Of a stretch of 64,000 bases of DNA, positions 51,301 through 60,400 are shown piece by piece. This DNA comes from an uncultured bacterium. GTDB taxonomy: Bacteria > Oederibacteriota > JAAXVQ01 > JAUVAV01. The DNA lies in the NCBI GenBank assembly GCA_963710755.1, contig CAVQBK010000013.1, forward strand, positions 192,001 to 256,000. Direction: 5' to 3'. Positions within the stretch are counted from its first letter, which is position 1. Each line of letters starts with the position of its first letter. A model generated the notes under the pieces. It saw nothing but the letters and a program-made list of their open reading frames with translations, was not told where the DNA came from and did no database searches. A program made the translations under genes and the position numbers.

Positions 51301-52045
51301 CTGGGCCGGTGCCGATTTTTTCGGTCATCAGATTTTCCCATTGGGACAAGATGGCGCCGGTTTTAGCATTAATAATGGTAAAGGGACGTGTAGGTGAGGG
51401 GTGACTCTTGGTCACAGCGAAAAAGGAGACCACATAGGCCAGGTGCGGGTAATCCGCTTCATCACAGTAAATGACCAGTTTCGCTTTTTCATTGTGATAG
51501 CTTAAGGCATCCGTGGTGCCAAGCTTTTTATTGATCAATCCTTGAACCTGGGCTTTGACCAGGGTTAAGGCTTGGGTTGAACTAATGGCCGGCGTCACAT
51601 CCGGCAAGGCTTGGGTTAAGCCCTCTATCATTGTCCCCCGCGCTTTGAATCGACCGCCTCCTTGCACCATAATCACTTGTTCACCCCAAATGGGGATGCC
51701 TTTATAGGTTTGGCGGTAGCGGCTGTAACTTTTATGCTGCCATTGCTCGTCAGGGCGGAGACGGGTTAATTCATTGTTCGCATCAAGCGTGACCGCAGCA
51801 GCCGAAATGACGCCTGCGGCTTTAACTTGCGGATTGGTTTGTAATTGTTTGCTTTTATTTAAATGTTGCCGTAAATTGATGCGCTTAATGGTTTTGCCCG
51901 CCGTTCGGGCGGCAGCGCGAACGGGCTTGAGTTGTTCAATATAGTTCAGATCATTTTTTCGTAAGGCAAAGCTGTTGGATGCAATTAATATAATGGACAT
52001 GCCCAAAAAAACCAGACACATCAACCCCGCAAAGTAACGATTCAT
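48341..52045 (-). CDS. Secreted M4 (thermolysin/elastase-like) metalloprotease with PPC-like and FG-GAP domains, Thr/Pro linker and T9SS-type-A-like C-terminal domain
   Basis: FTP/PepSY propeptide, ENAYWDG, HEASH, NESFSD, VHYSSG; FG...VGAP repeats; AFPNPA...PGIYLY...KVAIIK. Confidence 0.92.
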   Translation of the reverse strand: MNRYFAGLMCLVFLGMSIILIASNSFALRKNDLNYIEQLKPVRAAARTAGKTIKRINLRQHLNKSKQLQTNPQVKAAGVISAAAVTLDANNELTRLRPDEQWQHKSYSRYRQTYKGIPIWGEQVIMVQGGGRFKARGTMIEGLTQALPDVTPAISSTQALTLVKAQVQGLINKKLGTTDALSYHNEKAKLVIYCDEADYPHLAYVVSFFAVTKSHPSPTRPFTIINAKTGAILSQWENLMTEKIGTGPGGNEKTGQYEYGNDRDHLDIKIIDVTSTLATDQVKTFNVDHDYSFDTSKPGYSFLGTRNTFQFINGAYAPLNDAHYFGTKIYEMYQTWFNTTPVEGKLYLGVHLLIDYENAYWDGKKLNFGDGHKQFYPLISLDVVAHEASHGFTQRYSDLWYSGQSGGINESFSDMAGEAAKYYVFGQTDFLVGADIVKSGQALRYMADPPRDGQSIDHVAEYHDAMNVHYSSGIYNKVFYLISTSPGWDVKKAFDIFLRANQYYWTEYTDFREGALGVLEATADLGYSTPAVVQAFSQAGIYLADSYLGLLQPNGRQDYAYGSYDIKWADEDPKADAAISLYYDNDNQGQDGTLIVSGLSENDENDHYLWDVSTVPPGQYYIYVVMDNQIDAPRVSYSTGPVTVVSADAYESDNDAGQASVISLNGSQSNHNLVPAGDVDWIKFTVDQLPIKITAKISTLQMGGKIMAQLYDAELNDALIETGQYTDYKNVNLVATFDQGGDYYLKIYTPDSSAVLNYNLEMSTEPIVSNKLYGKNGHTSMFGSVVTLSNQYLVVSEHEGFRQHLFINDGNRWRQQHVFDGANGYNYASVTIHEDHIMLAEFIYAKNDTSWIEEARLTQDDPGGPGAFGAAVALNDTYAFVGAPEHSFQDNPKPGAVYVYKKSGSQWLFHSKLGSSDGQFGDAFGTSMVLSGNRLIVGAPGHDDYMKGRLYVFELNADQWSETAKLNANDDSYHFGSLVDCDQDRMVVKSNQKVYIYEYQNSHWVLIKTIVAKDIESIAIDGDHVLLGNPSHHYSKGIAYLYQYSNGQWLHYADLEASDGDAGVPMGAFGDSFGSAVDLVGNDLVIGADYDSDIAFAGGSAYAYDLDQISPSTPTATITPTITTTPTQVPSTTLTYTPTYSYFTHLKGKHIIAFPNPAKDQVTIAWDEPGCDKAMVRFYNMHGDLIATIEENHPAQALTWSSSRVAPGIYLYQLILYKQNKGYPQKIGKVAIIK

Positions 52046-52174
52046 CGACAAGCCCCCTATTCTTTTTAATCCCTCCTCAATCAAAATCAAATTTTACCAT
52101 AGATAATGATTAAAAATCCCAAGAATAGAGGTCATGTCTCAGCAAATGATAAAATGCCGGGTTGGGGAAAAAAC

Positions 52175-53377
52175 CTATTTTCTCAGCGCTTCCGCCGGCG
52201 CCAGTTTGCGTGCATACCGGGCCGGGATCATGGCCGCCAAGGCCGGCACCACGATGGAAAGCAGAATGGCCAAAAGCATGGCTACCCAGGATAAGCTGGG
52301 ATGAAGCACATATTCCACGGGCATCTCGACCCCTGACAGAAAAGCCTCCAAGTTGACGCCGGTAAGCGTAAAGATGCCTACAATGCCATAGCCAAGTAGT
52401 GCGCCCGGAATACCGCCGGCCGCGCCAATAAAGGCACCTTCCAGGGTGAAGTTAAGGAAAAGCTGGCGATCAGTAAACCCAAGGGCTTTGAGGGTACCGA
52501 TTTCATGGAGCCGTTCGAAAATAGCCATCATCATGGTATTGATCACAATAAAGGAAGCTAAAAAGAGGATCAGGGCTTCGATGAAAAGATAAATAATTTT
52601 CATGCTGGCCATGGTGGAATAAAAGCTGCCCAATTGCTGGCGATAAGTCAGCGCCACTGTCCCCGGCGGCAGCAAGGACCTGACACGGGCGGCCACGGGC
52701 TCGGTGAGCGCTTCCTTGTCCGTGAAAACGTAGAGTTCGGTCGTCCCTTGATGAATTTTAAGCAGTCGTTTGGCCTCGGTCAGGGGTATGAAAAACACTT
52801 TCTTGTTATAAAGACTTACACCAAAATTAAAAATGCCCTTGATGGGTAATTTAATGCCATTGAGCCCGCCTTCCGAGGTTTTGGTGGCCAGCAGCAGCTC
52901 CTGGCCCAGATCGACGTTCAACTGTTTGGCCAGGTCTTTGCCAATGTAAATGCCGTCACCGGCCAGGCTGCCTTTAATGATTTTATCTTTAAGATCCAAC
53001 TGCGAACGCTGTAAATCCAGACCCATGCCCAAAGCATTAACCGTGGATTCCTTATGCCCCAAGAGTATTCCAAAGCGAATCCTTTCTTCCACCGCCTTAA
53101 CCCCCGGCAGGACTTGCACCTTGGCTTTGAGGGCCTCGGCCTGGGGGATCAAAGTATCCACCGGCATAAACCGTTCCCGGTCATGGAAATCCCCGGTCGT
53201 AATACGAATATTTCCGGTTTGATACACAATATAATTTTGCATATACATATCCACCAAGCCGTTGATCCAACCTTGGGCCAGTCCCACAATCAGCGCGGCC
53301 ACCAAAACCCCCAGAGCGGTTAAAAAACTCCTGCGCCGGTTACGCAATACATTTCTCAAAGCGAATTTGATAAGCAT
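52175..53377 (-). CDS. FtsX/LolE-like ABC transporter permease
   Basis: RNVLRNRRRS, INTMMMAIFERLHEIGTLKALG. Confidence 0.92.
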   Translation of the reverse strand: MLIKFALRNVLRNRRRSFLTALGVLVAALIVGLAQGWINGLVDMYMQNYIVYQTGNIRITTGDFHDRERFMPVDTLIPQAEALKAKVQVLPGVKAVEERIRFGILLGHKESTVNALGMGLDLQRSQLDLKDKIIKGSLAGDGIYIGKDLAKQLNVDLGQELLLATKTSEGGLNGIKLPIKGIFNFGVSLYNKKVFFIPLTEAKRLLKIHQGTTELYVFTDKEALTEPVAARVRSLLPPGTVALTYRQQLGSFYSTMASMKIIYLFIEALILFLASFIVINTMMMAIFERLHEIGTLKALGFTDRQLFLNFTLEGAFIGAAGGIPGALLGYGIVGIFTLTGVNLEAFLSGVEMPVEYVLHPSLSWVAMLLAILLSIVVPALAAMIPARYARKLAPAEALRK

Positions 53378-53389
53378 CGGTTCACTCCT

Positions 53390-54610
53390 TTATTGAACAG
53401 TACGTAAACACTCCATGGCTTCCATCTTGGTCACTTTTTTTGCAGGATAGTAACTGGCGGCCAAACTGGCGACCAACGTAAACACCATAGCATTGATATA
53501 GGCCCCTGCCACCCAGGTGGACTTCATCACCCCCATGATAGGCACGCCGAAATCCTGATCCCCCAGCATGGCCGTGAGGTCAATGCCCACAAAAGCAAAG
53601 TACGCATTGAACAGGGTTCCCAGCACCAGACCGGCGATACCACCGGCAATGCCGATGAAAGCGCCTTCCATTAGAAATAAGTTTTGGACCTGACGGTTGG
53701 TAAACCCCAGGGCTTTCATGGTACCGATCTCCCGCTTTTTCTCATACACCGACATGAGCATGGTGTTTACAATGCCCACCACGGCAATCACCATAATCAT
53801 GAGCACCAGAATATTTTGGAATTTCCGTTTCATAGCCATCATGGACCGGAAATCTTCCGACAAGGTCTGCCAGCTGTAGACTTTGGTTCCAAGACCTGCA
53901 AGCGCCTGCTTGATCTGCGGCTCATAAGCGGCCACCTTGAAAAAATCATCGGTTTTGATTGATATCTCGGTAACATCGGTGGTGTTCATCAATTGCCGGG
54001 CCTGGTCCAGATTCAAATAGACCGTGGAAGAATTGACCTGGGGATTGGCCGATAAAATGATGCCGGTCACCGGGAAATCCTGAGAGGTCAACATGCCCTG
54101 TTGAGTGCGAAACGTCAGGTACACCCAGTCGCCCACGTCTACTCCCAAGTCCTTGGCCAAGGATTTTCCGAGCACCACGCCGTCTGTTTCCAGCTGACCT
54201 TGAACAATATAACGTTTCAGGTCAAAGACTTGCTCATCCTGTGGCCCAATGCCCACGGCCACCACAGGCAGGGTGTCCCGGCTATTGTCCAATTCGCCTA
54301 AAAAAGCCAGACGTTCGGTCATGCCCGTCACAAAAGGCAGGGTTTTCAGTTTGTCCATAATGGCTTGGGGATTAGTGATGTAATGGTTCGGTTCATAGGG
54401 GGCGTCTTCGTCAAAGGTCGCGCTGCGAATCTTGTAGTGCCCGGTCTCAAAATCAATGATGTTTTTGATGGAATCCTGGTCCAACCCGACCATGAGGCAG
54501 GCAAAGAGAATGTAAATACCTACCCCAAAAGAAAGGATAAGGAACGTGAGAATGGTCCTGCGCTTGGCGCGCAGGATATTTTTCACGGCCAGTTTGAAGA
54601 GGTAACTCAT
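53390..54610 (-). CDS. FtsX/LolC-like ABC transporter permease
   Basis: KNILRAKRRT, VNTMLMSVYEKKREIGTMKALG. Confidence 0.92.
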   Translation of the reverse strand: MSYLFKLAVKNILRAKRRTILTFLILSFGVGIYILFACLMVGLDQDSIKNIIDFETGHYKIRSATFDEDAPYEPNHYITNPQAIMDKLKTLPFVTGMTERLAFLGELDNSRDTLPVVAVGIGPQDEQVFDLKRYIVQGQLETDGVVLGKSLAKDLGVDVGDWVYLTFRTQQGMLTSQDFPVTGIILSANPQVNSSTVYLNLDQARQLMNTTDVTEISIKTDDFFKVAAYEPQIKQALAGLGTKVYSWQTLSEDFRSMMAMKRKFQNILVLMIMVIAVVGIVNTMLMSVYEKKREIGTMKALGFTNRQVQNLFLMEGAFIGIAGGIAGLVLGTLFNAYFAFVGIDLTAMLGDQDFGVPIMGVMKSTWVAGAYINAMVFTLVASLAASYYPAKKVTKMEAMECLRTVQ

Positions 54611-55278
54611 GCCTCGATCCTCCCATCCCGGATTTTGACCAGCCGCCGGGCATGCTTCATGATCAATTGATCGTGGGTGGAAAAAACAAAGGTCACCTGG
54701 TCCTTGGTATTGAGTTCCTTCATCAGGTCTACAATACCCTCTCCGGTTTTGGAATCGAGGTTGGCGGTCGGTTCATCGGCCAGTACCATCTTGGGATTTT
54801 TCACCAGCGCCCTGGCAATGGACACACGTTGCTGCTGCCCTCCTGAGAGTTCCAAAGGAAGCCGGTTGCCCAGGCCCTTTAACCCCACTCGCTGGAGCAT
54901 GGTCATGACCTGCTGTTTAATTTCTTCTTGGTTATGTTTTTTCAGGAGCTTAAGGGGCATCTCCACATTTTCATACACGGTCAGTACGGGAATCAAATTG
55001 TAGGTCTGAAAAATAAACCCAAAATAGTCCTTTCGGAGCCGGGCCAATTCATCAGGATCCTTGCCCATCAATTCCGTGCCGTCTAGGGTGATTTGCCCGT
55101 TATCCGCTTTGTCAATGGTCCCAATGCAATTGAGCAGCGTGGTTTTACCCGACCCCGAAGGTCCGGCAATGGCGGTAAATTCTCCGGCCGCGATGGAAAC
55201 CGAAATGTCGGTGAGCGCCTGAAAAGGCACTTTCCCCGAATAGTAGGTTTTATTGAGATTTTTGACATCCAAAAGCAT
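54607..55278 (-). CDS. LolD/MacB-like ABC ATP-binding protein
   Basis: GPSGSGKTT, LSGGQQQRV, LADEPTANLD, STHD; AGGAGG RBS. Confidence 0.95.
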   Translation of the reverse strand: MLLDVKNLNKTYYSGKVPFQALTDISVSIAAGEFTAIAGPSGSGKTTLLNCIGTIDKADNGQITLDGTELMGKDPDELARLRKDYFGFIFQTYNLIPVLTVYENVEMPLKLLKKHNQEEIKQQVMTMLQRVGLKGLGNRLPLELSGGQQQRVSIARALVKNPKMVLADEPTANLDSKTGEGIVDLMKELNTKDQVTFVFSTHDQLIMKHARRLVKIRDGRIEA

Positions 55279-55336
55279 GTTCGCGTCCTCCTGTGTCAAG
55301 GTCACCGCCAGGCCTGCAAGCAAGGCAGCATAGGAA

Positions 55337-56419
55337 TTACAATTTGGCCTCCACTTTGACCAGCCCTACGGCGTGGCCGTAAAGGTCTCTGCTGTACTGG
55401 CTGTGGCCCACGCCGGTGGGCAAAATTAATTGAGCGCTCAGGTTCAGACCATTGGCCAGAATCACCGTTCCCATGGGCATAAGCAAGCTGCTGTGGTCTT
55501 GCAGATTGATAAAGGCATCCACCTGCCAGGTGGAAAATTCATCGGGCTGGTAAGTAACATTGGCGTACATATAAAACTTGTTGGGAAAAGCCTCAGTCTG
55601 CAAACTTGACTCCAGGGAGAAAAACGAAGTTGTGGTCCGGCTCAACCCCAGCCCCTGCCCATTGTAATAACCCTGTACCGTGGTCAAAAGCCGTCCCTCA
55701 AAAAAACTGTAATCCGCGCCCAACACCACCTCGGAATAAGCCCAGGTCCCGCTGTCATTGACATGCCAGGCCCAACTGCCCTGAAGGCCAACTTCGGCAT
55801 CGCCCTTGAAATAAAGGCCGGCGCAATTGTCATTCTGATTGAGCCGGTCGGCCACAATGCCCACGTCAAAGGTTTGCACATGGGTATACAGGCTGCCCCC
55901 AAAAGCTGCCGAGGTCCCCCGGGCTTCAGGACTGACAAAGATCTTCCCCCCTGAAAGGTCGCCCCAGGCAAAGTCATAAGCCACAGCGATCAGACCGGCC
56001 TTGGTGTAACTCAGATCAGTGACCGTCAGGCTCCGGTCCAGTTCAAAAGGATTGAACACGCCTATATTGCCGAAGTTGATATAAGTTTTACCGACCGTCA
56101 GATCGCCCACGCCGGTGTAATATTTAATGAAAGCCCTGAGCAGGTTGACACTGAGTAAACTGTTGCCGTCCAAGGGACCGGTGGTTTCTTGAAAATAAGT
56201 GCTGGTATACAGATTGGCCCGCAAGTCACTGTAAAACTTCCAGTTTTCGGCTTTTCGTTGCAGCACCAATTGGTTTTCCAGAATATTGATATAGGTGATA
56301 TTTTGCTCATGACTCCAAAACAAACTGTCATTGCGTACGGTGCCGCTCAATTCCAGATCGGCCGCCACCAGTCCGGGCCACAAAAGCAATACTGTGAGTA
56401 TGTAGTTGAACTTGGCCAT
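55337..56419 (-). CDS. Putative outer membrane beta-barrel protein
   Basis: Signal peptide, alternating aromatic beta-strand pattern, GKTYINFG..FNP; position within a Lol-like cassette. Confidence 0.65.
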   Translation of the reverse strand: MAKFNYILTVLLLWPGLVAADLELSGTVRNDSLFWSHEQNITYINILENQLVLQRKAENWKFYSDLRANLYTSTYFQETTGPLDGNSLLSVNLLRAFIKYYTGVGDLTVGKTYINFGNIGVFNPFELDRSLTVTDLSYTKAGLIAVAYDFAWGDLSGGKIFVSPEARGTSAAFGGSLYTHVQTFDVGIVADRLNQNDNCAGLYFKGDAEVGLQGSWAWHVNDSGTWAYSEVVLGADYSFFEGRLLTTVQGYYNGQGLGLSRTTTSFFSLESSLQTEAFPNKFYMYANVTYQPDEFSTWQVDAFINLQDHSSLLMPMGTVILANGLNLSAQLILPTGVGHSQYSRDLYGHAVGLVKVEAKL

Positions 56420-56500
56420 AAGCCATCCATCCTTGATTATCCTTAGCTTAGTCTTTATTTGCGTCTTGCCGTGAAGTAGCTTTTTTCCAGCGCTGCCAGT

Positions 56501-57242
56501 TTAGCGTTTTAAATATCCCCTGGTAAACACCTTGTCCGGTACGGGCTGATCGAACACCAACTCTTCAAAAGCAAAACTGGTCTTGGAATCTCTTTTACGT
56601 TTGTCCTGAATGGTGCCTTCCGTGGCCACCCAACGGCTGCCTATCTTCTTGACAGCGCGTTGCGTCATAACCTTAATCAACCGGCCGCCCCGGGCAAACA
56701 TCTCCACCTTAAGCGGCACAAACCGTTCCTGGTCCACATATAAAATCTGGCCGCGCATAAGTGACATCAGGAACCTTGGCATCCAGTTGCAGCACATAAC
56801 AGGCGCGCCCGTCAATCTCCTGATCCGGTTGCAGCGTACTCTTGTATTTTTCCTCAAGTTTATCATTCTCCAGCATGTCTTCGTAGGACAGGTCACTGCC
56901 CATCATGCCCTGGCGCAGCATGTGGCCTGAAATTTTCATCACATCATCAGCATCAGGAAAATAGATCCACAGTTCGTCCTTGATTTTCAAGTATTTCACG
57001 CCCTTATCCTCGGGGTTGGTAAATTCCATGAAGGACCGGTCGCCTTCTTTTTTTCCATAGCCAAAAAAAGTTTTGACCAACGTAATCCGGCCTTTGGCAA
57101 TGGTCATGGTAGCTTTAAAAGACTCGGTGGTATACACCTGGTTCTGGTCCACTTTTTCAATAATAGCTTTTGCCGTGGGCGCAGCCCAGGTAAACGCCGG
57201 CAGTCCCACCAGGGCCAGTGCCAATAGTTTCCAAACACGCAT
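56501..57242 (-). pseudogene. LolA-like outer membrane lipoprotein-sorting protein, single-base frameshift (real or sequencing error)
   Basis: ELWIYFP, MMGSDLSYEDM; total length 742 = 3n+1; removing one base near 56748-56752 joins ..VTYAR to QILYVDQERF.. Confidence 0.85.
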
Positions 57243-57280
57243 AAGGATGTCCTCCTCCTTGGAGTTGCAAACAAAGGTTT

Positions 57281-57309
57281 ATTATGTTTTTTTTACTTAT
57301 ATAAGTCAA
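57281..57309 (-). promoter_or_regulatory. Sigma70-type promoter with overlapping palindrome
   Basis: TTGACT-N17-CATAAT; perfect 12-bp palindrome acttatataagt at 57295-57306. Confidence 0.55.
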
Positions 57310-57403
57310 AACTATTTTAGGTTAACGGCCAGAGCTGGCAAGACCGCAGGATAGGCCACCTGAAGTCATCCGGTGACACACCCCGGGAATAAATGAAAAG
57401 GCC

Positions 57404-60400
57404 TTAAGCCGCCTGTCCCAGGCCACGAATAAAAACAGGACGCCTAGGCCATTGACGATGTTCTTTTCCGGCAGGAAACCTTATGAGGAAGTAACGGTAG
57501 GCGGCATAAGCAGTTAAGCGTTCAAGCCATGTCAAGACAGACCGGTCTGGACGTTGTTCCTGGTATGCGTTCAATTGCCGAGCCAAATGATAAGGTAAAT
57601 AAAGTGTGACTATTTGTCCCTGCCTTACCAGCCATTGCCCCTGGCGCAGACCCAACCCATAGGTCCAGGGCCCGACCGAGGCGGGTAAGGCCATGAGGCG
57701 CACCTGCTTAACTTTCAACAGGTTGCGCCACAACAACTCATCCTGATTAGCTAAAGCGGCAAGCAAGGTCAGTTGATCGCCGTCCGATAAATGGACGGTT
57801 GCTTTTAACGGTGGCGTTGTGACAGAAAGACGGCGCCTGGCAAGGATAGCCTTGATCAGCAGCCCAGCCAGGGACCAAGCTGAAGCCTGCTTTTGGGGTT
57901 TCACCAAAGAGGCTGGCATGTCCATGTTGGGTCCAAAGCGCAATGCCCAAGGTGAGAAAGAGGTTAGCTGTTCAGCTTTAGCTCTGGCCTGGTTTAGGCG
58001 GCGTGATTCCCCTTGGTAATTGACCAGCCCATGAATGATATAAGCTAATGGTATCACCATCAGCAAAGGCAATAGATGCGCCACGGTGACCATCGCCGTA
58101 ATCCGGGCTGCGACCTTGAGGTTGGCCTGGGGAGTGTGGCGGTCCAGATGGGCGCTGGCATACAATCCCAGCCAACCGGTTGCACTAAGCGCCTTGGCCC
58201 AGGAACCGCCGATGGTGGTCAGACTGTCCCACAGCAGCATAAGATCGCCGGAGCTTATCCATGTGGTCAACGCCAAACCAGCCAGAATGGCCAGCCACAC
58301 ATAGGTGGTCTCAATCCAGTGAGCACGTTGTTCAAAATCAGTCCAATGGTAATGGTCATTGGACAAACGAAGCAGATGAGCTCTGACCCAATGATGAACC
58401 TTAAACCACAGATAAGAAGCTCCCCGGGGCCGCGTCGGCGCCAGACTGGTTTGCCTAATGGCTTGACTGTAAGGATTGTCCTGGGCTTCAGGCTGGTCCG
58501 GATCCATGAGCAGGGCTTCCGCCAAACGTTGTAAATCCCATCCAAGGATCGCCTTATATTTTTGAAACAGCGGTTCCAGTATTTCGGTCTGTACTTCCCT
58601 GATAACAGCTTTATCTGCATCTCCATTAGTCAGGGCTTGAGCATAAGCCTTGCGATAGGATTCCAGCGTCCCGCTGTTCCTGGACCAGGTCAGCAGCACC
58701 CCTGCGGCGTAGGCCACAGCCGCTTGGCGCAGGTCGTGATTTTTCTGCCACAAAAGCCAGGCCAGCTTGACTCCTGTTCGCCGGGCTTTGGCCTGGGAAG
58801 CAAATCGCGGTTGTTGAACCCTGAGCTTATCCCAAGCCTGACTGAGTATATTTTCGAAAACCGTTAGTTCATGCTTCACCAATGCCTCATCGGAGAAAGA
58901 TTGGCCTGTAGGCAACCCATGGGGCGGAATGGTTTCTTCCAGCAGATCAATGATCCGATTTTGATCACCTCGCAGCCTGGTGGCCGAAGCGTAAGTAAAA
59001 AACAACCCTGCCAGGCTTTGAGGAAAAAGCACGTGAGGAATGTTTATGTGTGGGGCCGTTTGCCTGGAAAAATCAAACAGCACTTCCGGCACACGAAGAC
59101 GGCTATACAAGTCCGCATCCATTTTGCCGATATTACTGAGGATTAAGGTCCGGTTGTCCTCAGCATAAAAAGCGGAGAAGCGGGCAACCGATCGGCCATC
59201 TTCTGTACGCACGTCATACCAAACATCAGCGTCTTGAATTGGTCTTCGTTCCAGCACCAGTTTAACCGATTGGTCAAAGCGGCTCTTAATCTCAATATGC
59301 TGATCCCCGAAACGACCTGACACCCAGGAAGCGTCTTCATAAAATTGGGTAAGATAGGCTTTCATCGCACGACGCAGCCCATTTAAGCCCGATAGGTCCA
59401 AGGACGATCGGGCAGCATCTGATCGACGACCTTGTTTCCAATTCAGCCAGGGCCCAATAGCCAACAACCCGGCCCACAAAGTCAACGTTAGAGAACTTGT
59501 GCCCGCCAAACTGAAAATCATGCCTGCCATTCCAATATTTACCAAAGCCAACCTGGTGGCCCTTTTGGCATTGGCATAGGCCTGAGCTTTTTGTTCCGGG
59601 GTTAGGGATGATGGCATCACCCAATGGAAAAAAGCAAAGGCTGTCCAATAAAGCAGCACGCCCAGGCTCATGGGCAACAAACTGCCGTTCGTGAGATACT
59701 GAGCCGCGCCAAAAAGACCGATGCCCCATAGGGGCCAGCTTTCCACCCTCCAGGCGGTGGGAAAATAATCCGCGCCCTGGCGGCCTTGCCACCATTGACC
59801 GAACCTGGTCTGCATCAGCCTCTGGTTCCAAAGAATTAACATGGGAATAGCACCGGCTTCCTGCCACACCAAATCAGGCAGGCCCACCACGCCTGGCCCT
59901 TCTTTGTCTCCGGCAGGGGGCTGATAGACAAAAGCTTTTCTTTTATAGGCTTGACTATACTGATACAGCCTTGCCTGATGGGCTTCATCAGGTAAGGCTG
60001 TAGCCGTGGTCTTAAGCCACATCACTTGGTATGGCTTAAGCGTGATAATCAGTTGGTTGTTTTTAAGATCGATTCTTTTTCTACTTAAGAGGTCGTGAAA
60101 TGTCTGGCCCATGCGGGACACTTGATTCAAAGGCACCCTGACCTGCTGAGGCTGGTCGCTGACATTGAGCAAGTCTACAATAAAATCCATGCCATCCGGT
60201 GATTCGTAAAACCTGCACAGCACGGCATCATTATGGGCATCGAGCACCACTACCGGCGGGCCATTGGGATCAAAGGCATTTTCCCGGGCACGCACCGCAA
60301 AAAGCTTCTCCTTGGCCTGGTTGATCAACCCCATTCTGTCACGCCTTTTATCCAACTGACGGTGAAACGACCTCAGCTGCGCGGTGAGCCCAGGACTGAT

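Noticed and set aside
59900-59930. QPPAG linker shared by both giants (also near 13070-13085) as a module-junction signal
   Set aside because: Five residues in low-complexity linkers at non-equivalent positions; chance is likely.
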